Shown one piece after another: positions 47,753 through 55,883 of a DNA stretch of 64,000 nucleotides. The DNA is taken from the NCBI GenBank assembly GCA_041664465.1, contig JBAYKP010000001.1, forward strand, positions 68,204 through 132,203, written 5' to 3'. How positions within the stretch are numbered: the stretch's first letter is position 1; each line of letters begins with the position of its first letter. The translations under genes and the position numbers were made by a program. Origin of the DNA: Minisyncoccota bacterium. Lineage in GTDB: Bacteria > Patescibacteriota > Minisyncoccia > Phycocordibacterales > UBA9973. The notes below the pieces were generated by a model. The model was not told the DNA's origin and made no database searches. It worked only from the letters and a program-made list of their open reading frames with translations.

Positions 47753-48418
47753 TTATCCTAGCTCTTTGGATATTCGCCCTTCTAAATATTGAATTCTTTT
47801 CTCCAATCTACCTATACCCTGCGTGGCTTGGGCAACCATTTTCTTATTGATTTCAGAATTTATAGTGTATTCATTCGAGAATGCTTTTCTTATTGTTTCT
47901 AATAGTTTATTCGTTGGTGGTAATTTCTCTTTCTTCTTTTGGAGTCTATCTAGTGCACTCCGGGCTTCTTCTAATTTAAAACCCAATTGCTCATAATCAA
48001 GCCGGTTATCCCCATACGTCCTCCCATTACTATCTATCATTATCACTTTCACAACATCAAAATCTTCATCCATAGAATCACTAATCTCGACAGGCACTGC
48101 TGTGTCACTGTCGATTTCAAATGATCTAAATTTATTCTCATTTTTATCACCTTCGTTTTTATTATCTTTTTTACTTTCATTATTTCCTCCTTCATTTCCC
48201 TCATTCTTACTATTTATTATCTCAATATCTGATTTAAGTTTTTCTATTTCTTTATTTCTATACTCCTTGCTTTCAGTTTTTAATTTACCTTTTTTATCTC
48301 CTTCATTGACAATTTTAATAGACTCAACAGGAAGTGCTTTCTCAATAGCACCTTCTTCTGCCTTTATAATTTCCCCTTCTATTTTAACATCTTTATTACT
48401 CTTATTATCTATACTCAT
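47753..48418 (-). CDS. hypothetical K/E/N-rich low-complexity protein
   Basis: 221 aa with a charged low-complexity centre (NEGNEGGNNESKKDNKNEGDKNENK). Confidence 0.35.
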   Translation of the reverse strand: MSIDNKSNKDVKIEGEIIKAEEGAIEKALPVESIKIVNEGDKKGKLKTESKEYRNKEIEKLKSDIEIINSKNEGNEGGNNESKKDNKNEGDKNENKFRSFEIDSDTAVPVEISDSMDEDFDVVKVIMIDSNGRTYGDNRLDYEQLGFKLEEARSALDRLQKKKEKLPPTNKLLETIRKAFSNEYTINSEINKKMVAQATQGIGRLEKRIQYLEGRISKELG

Positions 48419-48440
48419 AATCTGTATTATATCACTAAGT

Positions 48441-49169
48441 TTACATCCTATCCAGAGATTTTACTGTCACCTTCCCATCAATTATTGTATAACTGAATTC
48501 TGCTTTCTTTTGGATATGTCCATCTTCGTAGGTCAGTATCATAGTCCCCTTTTTTGTGGACGGATTTATATTCACCACAGTTGCATACCACGAGCCACCT
48601 AAAACGGGCTTGTCGGAGACAATTGTACCTATATTATCGCGGACATATTTATCAACTAAATTCCGGTCTTGTAATGATTCGCAGTCTATTTGGGACATTT
48701 GAGGCCCAGAGGCTATTTGGTTAGAATCTTTGTATACATAAGTTCCATCTCCTCTATCTATCATTTCACAACCTAAGGTAACAGCACTTCCTTCGCCGAA
48801 TTCAATTTTCAATTGCTCTGTCACACTCATTCCCTCTCCTTCAGATTCCCACCAAACATCTGCAATACGACCACTTATCTTGGGATCCATTGGACCTACC
48901 GTGCCACTAAATTTCCCCACCTTACTGTCTTTCTCGGCGAGTAAGCTCTGGTATTCACCAGTCACATTACTCCCTGAAATATTCATTTGAAGCCACATCC
49001 GATCGACAAATCCCCTAGAAGTTACTTTAGAATATTGATAGCACATACTTATAGGTTCTTGGGGTATTACCACAACATCTTTCTTTGTATTTTTATTTCT
49101 TGATATTACAAAAGCAATTCCAGTAAGAATAATGACAAACAAAACAACATAAATTAGTATTTTTTTCAT
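48441..49169 (-). CDS. hypothetical secreted or membrane-anchored protein
   Basis: N-terminal TM segment ILIYVVLFVIILTGIAFVI, then a beta-rich domain. Confidence 0.4.
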   Translation of the reverse strand: MKKILIYVVLFVIILTGIAFVISRNKNTKKDVVVIPQEPISMCYQYSKVTSRGFVDRMWLQMNISGSNVTGEYQSLLAEKDSKVGKFSGTVGPMDPKISGRIADVWWESEGEGMSVTEQLKIEFGEGSAVTLGCEMIDRGDGTYVYKDSNQIASGPQMSQIDCESLQDRNLVDKYVRDNIGTIVSDKPVLGGSWYATVVNINPSTKKGTMILTYEDGHIQKKAEFSYTIIDGKVTVKSLDRM

Positions 49170-49630
49170 TATTTTTTTACAATCTCTCTTAATCTATCAA
49201 TAAAGGCTTTTTCCCAAAATTTCATTGAATATGAGCCTATAAGTGGCCCCGCTACGAGCCTTAGCCAAAAGCTATGAATATCAACCTCATAGGTATAATT
49301 AATTCTTGTTCCCTCTTCTACCTCTTCCATCAGAAATTCTTCATGCCCAGATATGCCTAATTTGGGATTCTCATTGAGAGATATATATCCCACCCCCGGG
49401 ATAATTTCTGTTTTCATTTTGACTGGGAATACTGTACCGAAGGACTTCACTTTTGCATCAATTTCCAATTTATTGCCATCTCTCTTGGTAATAACCAATG
49501 ACTCTGCAACTGTTGGGAAATTCTTTGGCATATTTTCAAAATCAGTAACAATTTTAAAAACTTCACCAATAGGAGCTTTAATAACCCATGAGCCTTTTAA
49601 ACTAATATGTTTCATTGTTTTATTATACAA
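49169..49630 (-). CDS. SRPBCC (START/polyketide-cyclase-like) domain protein
   Basis: ...SLKGSWVIKAPIGEVFKIVTDFENMPKNFP... is the typical N-terminal strand/helix of Polyketide_cyc2-like proteins. Confidence 0.5.
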   Translation of the reverse strand: MYNKTMKHISLKGSWVIKAPIGEVFKIVTDFENMPKNFPTVAESLVITKRDGNKLEIDAKVKSFGTVFPVKMKTEIIPGVGYISLNENPKLGISGHEEFLMEEVEEGTRINYTYEVDIHSFWLRLVAGPLIGSYSMKFWEKAFIDRLREIVKK

Positions 49631-49746
49631 TAAAAACTGAAACTTTTTAAATCCAACAAAACCTAGTAATAACGTCTTGCTAGATAAATATGGCTCAAAA
49701 TTTTGCTCCGAAATTGGAAGGAAATTCGAATGGAAATATTAAATAA

Positions 49747-50256
49747 TTGATATCATATGATATAATAAAAATTATGGGAAAGATAAATATCTACATTGAT
49801 GGAAATAATTTATATCGCTCGGCCAAAGAATTAGGATTTGAAATTGATTATAAAAAGTTCCGTGTATGGTTATCTCAAAAATATAATACAAAAAACATAT
49901 TTCTTTTTATTGGGTATTTAGAAAATAGAAAAGATTTTTATAATTATCTTAAAAATTGTGGTTTTGATTTAATATTTAAAGAAGCAGTTCTTCATGAAGG
50001 TAATATTAAGGGAAATTGCGATGCCGAACTTGTATTAAAATCGGTTGATGATTATCATCTAAAGAATTTTGATAAATTTATACTAATTTCTAATGATGGA
50101 GATTTCGGTTGTCTTATTGAATTCTTAATAAATAAAAATTGTTTTGACATTATATTATCTCCTGATAGAAAGAAGTGTTCTATTTTATTGAGAAATAAAA
50201 CAAATAAGATTTTATATTTAAACGAAATTTATAAAAAGTTCTCAAAAAAGAAATAA
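49747..50256 (+). CDS. NYN-domain (PIN-like) putative ribonuclease
   Basis: INIYIDGNNLY, GNCDAEL, ILISNDGDF: the acidic residues of the LabA/NYN fold. Confidence 0.6.
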   Translation: MISYDIIKIMGKINIYIDGNNLYRSAKELGFEIDYKKFRVWLSQKYNTKNIFLFIGYLENRKDFYNYLKNCGFDLIFKEAVLHEGNIKGNCDAELVLKSVDDYHLKNFDKFILISNDGDFGCLIEFLINKNCFDIILSPDRKKCSILLRNKTNKILYLNEIYKKFSKKK

Positions 50257-50414
50257 TATAGTCTATATAAAAAGAAAAAGCTCCCGGTATGGGCGCACCC
50301 ATACAGGGATCTCTTTCATAATGATATCAGTATTATATCATATTGCCGAAAGTATGCAAGTATTTTATTTAGGTTCGAACTTCTACCAAAGCAGGGAAAA
50401 TAGATCTTAAATTA

Positions 50415-50438
50415 CCTAACAAGAACCGTTCTTGCTAT
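50415..50438. repeat. degenerate REP copy (cctaacaagaac-c-gttcttgctat)
   Basis: Two mismatches relative to the 38912 REP. It is intergenic, next to the R-M/MazG block. Confidence 0.5.
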
Positions 50439-50444
50439 ATTTAA

Positions 50445-50840
50445 TTAGTTTTGATTATTATTTTCTAACTTTTTTATCTTTTTGAATTTATACCACCCAA
50501 TAATTACTGGTAAGACAAAAGTTAAAATATAATAAATATAAACATCGATTTTATAATAACCAGTTACTTTAAGTACTTTAATCATGAAAATATAATCCAA
50601 AGCCACTGCCATAATAGCCCAAATAACCCCTAATCCGATATAACACCCAAATTCTTCTCTTTTAATTTTCTTAAGCAACACCCAAAGAGTAAACGCTATT
50701 CCGAAAGGCATAATGCTCCAGCCTATAAATTCTTTTGGCACAAAAGCAAAAAATACAAATCCTAAAACATAGCCAAAAAGCCAAACAATAAATCCCCAAA
50801 AAACAGTATTAAGAAAAATTTTCCCTTTATTTGTTTCCAT
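50445..50840 (-). CDS. hypothetical four-TM membrane protein
   Basis: Hydrophobic profile only. Confidence 0.35.
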   Translation of the reverse strand: METNKGKIFLNTVFWGFIVWLFGYVLGFVFFAFVPKEFIGWSIMPFGIAFTLWVLLKKIKREEFGCYIGLGVIWAIMAVALDYIFMIKVLKVTGYYKIDVYIYYILTFVLPVIIGWYKFKKIKKLENNNQN

Positions 50841-50843
50841 AAA

Positions 50844-51092
50844 TTAATATCTATATTTATAAGGCTTCACCGTTCCTTTCTTCCCTGAATAAGGATTATA
50901 ATTCCCTTTTGTAGAATAGTTATCTAACTTGGTTTTATTTGGAGAAGTTCGGTAAGAAGGTGCTACATATTTCATAGTGGAAGGTTTAAAATAACCTTTT
51001 ACTTTAACAGTCTTGGCTTCTACAGATGAGACAGATACAAACAACCCTAATAATAGAAACCCTAGAATACTTAAAACTGCAAGTTTTTTCAT
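50844..51092 (-). CDS. small secreted K/Y-rich protein
   Basis: Signal peptide MKKLAVLSILGFLLLGLFVSVSSVEA, then a Lys/Tyr-rich 55-aa tail. Confidence 0.35.
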   Translation of the reverse strand: MKKLAVLSILGFLLLGLFVSVSSVEAKTVKVKGYFKPSTMKYVAPSYRTSPNKTKLDNYSTKGNYNPYSGKKGTVKPYKYRY

Positions 51093-51152
51093 ACAATATT
51101 TGAAGTGATTATTAATATCCTAATCATATGCCTATTTATGGATAAATCAAGG

Positions 51153-51866
51153 CTAAATACTTTTTATTGAATGAATAACCTTATCCATAAAATTATCATA
51201 GTCATTTAATATAATTCCATCTCCAAAAGTCACGAGTGATTTTTTTGATAATTTTAATTCAATACTATTTTTAATACTTAAATAATATTTCTTATATTGA
51301 GATTTTTTTATTATTTTATCTTTTATTAGATCCGGAAATTTAATCATAAATATTAATGTTTTTGTGGGCGTATGGAAAAATACATCTTCATCGTCTTGTG
51401 ATAATTTAAAATACTTATGGATATTATTGTCCGTAATTTTTTCCCACTTTGTGATCATACCCTTATTGTTATAATAAGGTAATTCTTCTGGTAAAACTAA
51501 AATCTGATAATATTTTTTCTTATTAGCTCTTATATTTGCTGTTTCTCCTAACATATTTTCAAAATAATTATTTGAATTTTGAGAATAATTATTCATGACA
51601 AATTTAACAGCAACTCCGGCAAGATCTTTTTTGTCTTTAAAAATAGTAATATCTACTGTCTTGTCCATATATCTACCTTCCATTTTAGCTTCTTTCCCCT
51701 TCCCCAAACCAAGGGAACTGACAGTGTATTTATTCCCAAGTCTTTTTTCTAAATCTTTCGCAATTGCCCCATGAAGTATTTTTAACTTTTCATTACTTCG
51801 TGAATGTGTTTGTAAAAATTTTACAAATGATTGACTTACTATTTTCAAAAATTTTTGATTATTCAT
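51153..51866 (-). CDS. putative type II restriction endonuclease (partner of the adjacent methyltransferase)
   Basis: It lies immediately downstream of, and is co-oriented with, the N6A MTase, 23 nt apart. The candidate PD-(D/E)xK-like segment MDKTVDITIFKDKK gives no family-level match. Confidence 0.35.
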   Translation of the reverse strand: MNNQKFLKIVSQSFVKFLQTHSRSNEKLKILHGAIAKDLEKRLGNKYTVSSLGLGKGKEAKMEGRYMDKTVDITIFKDKKDLAGVAVKFVMNNYSQNSNNYFENMLGETANIRANKKKYYQILVLPEELPYYNNKGMITKWEKITDNNIHKYFKLSQDDEDVFFHTPTKTLIFMIKFPDLIKDKIIKKSQYKKYYLSIKNSIELKLSKKSLVTFGDGIILNDYDNFMDKVIHSIKSI

Positions 51867-51889
51867 TTTTATGATTATTATATTAATTA

Positions 51890-53356
51890 TTAAAATAAAG
51901 ATGGCTGAACTTTATAAAATTGAGGATGAACAAAATCTTTCATGAAACTTTTAGCATATGATTTATATCCACCACGATAACTTTTGGAAATTGAATTTAT
52001 ATACTCTTCCATTGAATTTGAATTTAACACTTCGCAAAGGGCATATAGATCAACATCTTTATTTTTTGGTTTTATACAATAACCAGAATAAAAACTTGTT
52101 TTTTCGTCTTCTATTACAAAAAAGTGAGGAGTGAGATTCATTGTACTAGTTATTATTTTTTTACCAAAACCAGTTTTTAAACTTTGGTTTCTTCCAAAAG
52201 AATAAAATTCTTCATAATTTTTACCACCACCCTTGTCTCTTTTTTCTAAAATATCACGATTATATAAAAAATATTTATATGCTTCTGGATATTTATTTAT
52301 AAAAATATTTTTAGGAATTATTCTTTCATTTTTATACGGAAAAATCAAAAAAAGATTCTGATTTTTCCCTTTATAAGTAGATGCTTTAATAATTGGAACA
52401 CACAAATTTCTCTCTATTTTAAAATTATCTTTATAAAAATATATTTTATCTATTTTTTCAGGAGAAAATATATAAACATCATCTTTTAATGTAGCAATTC
52501 CATAATGGATGTCCGCTATTTCTTGAAGTGTTGAATATTTTTTATTTAATTTATCTATTTTTTTAGAATATTCTTCACTTAAAAATTGCCATGGTTTTAA
52601 CTTATCTTCTATATTTTTCAATATCTTTTTATAAACAATATCATTAAAATTATTTTTATAGTTCTCTGTATATAAAAAATTATGGGTATTTTCTTTATTT
52701 AAAAATGTTATGGCGGTGTAAGTTGTTGCGTCTTTAAATACCTGAAAGTGATCAAAATTAATGATTTTTGTTAAATGTGGATAAATTAAATTTCTTAAAT
52801 TTCTCCCAGCACTAGAGTGAAAATGAGAGTTAGGTGTAATAAAAGAAAGTTTCCCGTTTTCTGTTAATAAATTCAGAGACTGCTCAAAAAAACAAAAATA
52901 TAAATCAATGGAGCCATTAGATGCTGATATAAACTTCTTTTGTATTTCATCTCTTTTTTCATTAAGATTTTGTATTCTCACATATGGAGGATTACCTATT
53001 ATAAAATTAAATTTCTCTTTAAAATCATGAAAACAAAAATCATTAATAATTGAGTTATATTGGGTAATTTCTTCATTAGATAATTCTTGTAAATTTTGTT
53101 TTGTTTTGTTTATATATTCTTCTGAAATGTCAATAAAATAAAGATTGTTTTCAATTACATCTTTTATTGATTTTCCAGATATTTTAGAAAATTTCTTAAC
53201 TATTGGAATAGAAAAAGCACCTTCTCCACATCCAGAATCTAATATTTTTTCTGATCCTGTTATTTTTGTATCTTTAAATACTTCATCAATCATAAAATCA
53301 ACTATCCATTCCGGAGTAAAAACAACGCCATTTTCTTTTTTAGATTTAACATTCAT
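51890..53356 (-). CDS. N6-adenine DNA methyltransferase (gamma-class; TaqI/Eco57I-like)
   Basis: GVVFTPEWIVDFM (motif X), LDSGCGEGAF (motif I FxGxG) and IIGNPPY (motif IV) in gamma-class order. A C-terminal target-recognition region. Confidence 0.8.
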   Translation of the reverse strand: MNVKSKKENGVVFTPEWIVDFMIDEVFKDTKITGSEKILDSGCGEGAFSIPIVKKFSKISGKSIKDVIENNLYFIDISEEYINKTKQNLQELSNEEITQYNSIINDFCFHDFKEKFNFIIGNPPYVRIQNLNEKRDEIQKKFISASNGSIDLYFCFFEQSLNLLTENGKLSFITPNSHFHSSAGRNLRNLIYPHLTKIINFDHFQVFKDATTYTAITFLNKENTHNFLYTENYKNNFNDIVYKKILKNIEDKLKPWQFLSEEYSKKIDKLNKKYSTLQEIADIHYGIATLKDDVYIFSPEKIDKIYFYKDNFKIERNLCVPIIKASTYKGKNQNLFLIFPYKNERIIPKNIFINKYPEAYKYFLYNRDILEKRDKGGGKNYEEFYSFGRNQSLKTGFGKKIITSTMNLTPHFFVIEDEKTSFYSGYCIKPKNKDVDLYALCEVLNSNSMEEYINSISKSYRGGYKSYAKSFMKDFVHPQFYKVQPSLF

Positions 53357-53398
53357 ATTAATATATTATATCATTTTATACATACAAACTATAATTTT

Positions 53399-53785
53399 TT
53401 ATAGTTTATTATATTTCGTATGCTTTCCTTTGGCTTTCTTTACTGGGTATTTTTCTTCGTTTTTCTTCATTTTTTTATCTAATGCGTCTATAATATCTAT
53501 CTTCAAATCATGGCTCATAAGTAAAACCCAATAGAAGACGTCTGCCAGCTCTTCCCCAATATGCTCTTTGTGTGACTTTATATATTCTTCAATTTCTTCT
53601 TTTGATTTCCATTGAAAATGCTCCAGAACTTCAGAAGCCTCAAGTGAAAGAGAAATTGCTAAGTCTTTTGCATTATGAAATTGCTTCCATTTTCTAGCAT
53701 TTCGGAAAGCTAGTATCTTCTGTATTGATTCACTCAAATCTCCTTTCATAATTTGAAGTATAGCTCTATTTCCCTTTTGAGACAA
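53399..53785 (-). CDS. MazG-like nucleotide pyrophosphohydrolase
   Basis: FRNARKWKQFHNAKDLAISLSLEASEVLEHFQW and EELADVFYWVL. This is the EExxE/D metal-binding helix pattern of the MazG/NTP-PPase family. Confidence 0.65.
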   Translation of the reverse strand: MSQKGNRAILQIMKGDLSESIQKILAFRNARKWKQFHNAKDLAISLSLEASEVLEHFQWKSKEEIEEYIKSHKEHIGEELADVFYWVLLMSHDLKIDIIDALDKKMKKNEEKYPVKKAKGKHTKYNKL

Positions 53786-53882
53786 TATGGGGGATTTTTG
53801 GGATAAGTATTAAAGTAATATACCTTTTGCTTTTTTAGTCTATTTTTGCTACTATATTCTAGTCTATTATTAATAGACGTAT

Positions 53883-53954
53883 TCCGTGGTAGCTCAGCGG
53901 TAGAGCGGTCGCCTGTTAAGCGATTGGTCGTAGGTTCGATCCCTACCCACGGAG
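53883..53954 (+). tRNA. tRNA-Asn (anticodon GTT)
   Basis: TCCGTGGTAGCTCAGCGGTAGAGCGGTCGCCTGTTAAGCGATTGGTCGTAGGTTCGATCCCTACCCACGGAG. Cloverleaf with anticodon loop CTGTTAA. The antisense ORF 53746-53961 (VGIEPTT) is a tRNA artefact. Confidence 0.85.
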
Positions 53955-54054
53955 CAGACAAATTAACTCATTATTTTTAATGAGTTTGTTGTAGATTGAC
54001 AGCTTTGCTATTTAAGGGTAATGTGAAGAAAAATAACTTAAAAATGAAATAATC

Positions 54055-54282
54055 ATGAGAAAACCATTTTATGAATCAATTCTTTCTTCTCTTCATGAGG
54101 TAATGAACTTAGAACAATTAAAAGTGTTGGCTAAGTTAATTATTGAAACTGAAATTCCCAAAGAGCATAGGGATGTGGTTGCTGAAGCATTTTTACTTGC
54201 ACAAGCTTGTATTAGATATGCAGGTGGCGAAATCTTAGTTGATATTGTTATCTCTTCTCTTAAAGAAGAAAATCTAAATTGA
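54055..54282 (+). CDS. hypothetical protein
   Basis: 75-aa ORF with no motifs. Confidence 0.3.
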   Translation: MRKPFYESILSSLHEVMNLEQLKVLAKLIIETEIPKEHRDVVAEAFLLAQACIRYAGGEILVDIVISSLKEENLN

Positions 54283-54330
54283 AAAATGTAATGTAAAAGA
54301 AATTATTGTTTTACTTAAAAATGAAAGATT

Positions 54331-54918
54331 ATGAAAAAATTAGTAATTTACAGATGTTTACCTTTCAAGGATTGGCATCAACCATTTGATAAAGATGGTA
54401 GCAGGTGGCTTATTGGTGGATACAGGCAAGAATGCAGTTGTCCATACGGAAGCCATTGGGATCCAAGATTTTTAGATTACAAAGATCCACTAAACTTAAA
54501 AGAAATTCTCTCCATGCAAGAAGGAATAAAACTTTTAACTTTTTACTCTTGGAAAGACGAAGAATATGTGGCTTTTCATACATTTAAAAATGTTGAATTT
54601 TATTCTGATTTTATGCGTATACTGTTTAAGGAAAAAGTGGATGTTTGTGAGTACGGAGGAACTGGAGAGCAGCTTACGGGAACCAGGCTTATTGCGGTAA
54701 TTGAAGATGCAGGTGAAATCAACGCTTTTGGAAAAATTGGAGGCATTGATGAGTTTATTGATGAGCTGTCAAAATTAACTGGCATTTCAATCCAGGAGAT
54801 TAAACAACAAATTAATGAATTAGATGAAACACCCATTCCATCAGAACTAAAAATTTCAATAGAAGAAATTACTGAGGAAGCTAAGAGGTCGGGCAATCTT
54901 GCTCCAATTTTTGGGTAA
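54331..54918 (+). CDS. hypothetical protein
   Basis: 195-aa ORF containing CSCPYGSHWDP. No recognised domain. Confidence 0.35.
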   Translation: MKKLVIYRCLPFKDWHQPFDKDGSRWLIGGYRQECSCPYGSHWDPRFLDYKDPLNLKEILSMQEGIKLLTFYSWKDEEYVAFHTFKNVEFYSDFMRILFKEKVDVCEYGGTGEQLTGTRLIAVIEDAGEINAFGKIGGIDEFIDELSKLTGISIQEIKQQINELDETPIPSELKISIEEITEEAKRSGNLAPIFG

Positions 54919-55037
54919 ATTAAACTAAACCGCTAGTTGTCGGGTAGTAGTAGAAACTGCTATTCACACTAGCGGTTTTCTATTTATCTAATTAAGGTTC
55001 CAATTCTGTCCCTCCCCACCTCCCCACCTTCCCCACT

Positions 55038-55070
55038 CAAAACCCCCTAGCTTTGCTTCGGGGGTTTTGT
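55038..55070. terminator. bidirectional rho-independent terminator
   Basis: aaaaccccc-tagctttgcttc-gggggtttt. Confidence 0.65.
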
Positions 55071-55094
55071 TATTGAGGAATTTATAGGAATCAA

Positions 55095-55796
55095 TTAGTG
55101 TACAACTACTGTATGGGCATTATTGGCGGCTGATTTCTTTGCTACCATACGAGCAACTACTATGATTGCTAATACCAAGAGTATGAACATAATCCATTGG
55201 AATAGTGAACTTGGTAAGAAGCTACCAGAACCTTTCAAGGACAAAGCTGTGACTCCATTGGTGTCTACTTGCTGTGTTGCATAAGGTTGATAAGCACTTG
55301 CTACCATCATATTGTTGGAGTAACCTCTGTTGGCATCGAAATTTACATACTGACCAGTATTACCTTTGTTGCCTGTGGCTGTTGGAATTGTAGTAGTAGT
55401 CGTATTTGCATTTATGACAGAAGCTCCTTGTGTATTACCAGTGGTAACATATCTGACAGTTTGCTGTTGGGGTGCATATTGGACGACTTGCTGTTGCGGA
55501 ACGTACTGAACAGTTTGCTGTTGAGGTACGTATTGTATCTGAGTTGTAGTTGGCTGTGCATATACATAAGTATAAGGTTGCCTTACATAATTGCTATTAA
55601 TAGAATTATTATAATAAGAAGGAGTGCTAAGGTCTGTAACACTTGTGCTATAGCCATTATTATAATATCCATCACTATAATAAACAGCGGCAGAAGCATC
55701 ATGATACGAAACGGCAAGAATAGCAAAGATTCCGAGAGCTATTAAGTTTTTTAAAATATTCTTTTTCATAAGCCATATTATATCATATAAGTACAT
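55095..55796 (-). CDS. secreted Y/Q/T-rich repeat protein with a C-terminal TM anchor
   Basis: Signal peptide (likely start MKKNILKNL at 55769), QYVPQQQTV x3 repeats, T-rich segments, and a C-terminal TM helix FQWIMFILLVLAIIVVARMVAKK. Confidence 0.45.
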   Translation of the reverse strand: MYLYDIIWLMKKNILKNLIALGIFAILAVSYHDASAAVYYSDGYYNNGYSTSVTDLSTPSYYNNSINSNYVRQPYTYVYAQPTTTQIQYVPQQQTVQYVPQQQVVQYAPQQQTVRYVTTGNTQGASVINANTTTTTIPTATGNKGNTGQYVNFDANRGYSNNMMVASAYQPYATQQVDTNGVTALSLKGSGSFLPSSLFQWIMFILLVLAIIVVARMVAKKSAANNAHTVVVH

Positions 55797-55883
55797 ACTT
55801 TGTCAAGCACTTAAACTACGGCTAAAACCCTTGATAAATAAGCCCAAAAAAGGTAAAGTATATTTGTTTCGCTTTTAAAAATT

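Noticed and set aside
48102-48602. 166-aa plus-strand S/L/F-rich ORF
   Set aside because: It is antisense to the low-complexity K/E/N-rich gene 47753-48418. Its repetitive SLS composition mirrors the complement of the AAG/GAA repeats.
53746-53961. 71-aa minus-strand ORF (MSAPWVGIEPTT...)
   Set aside because: It is antisense to tRNA-Asn. VGIEPTT is the classic translation of a tRNA T-arm complement.
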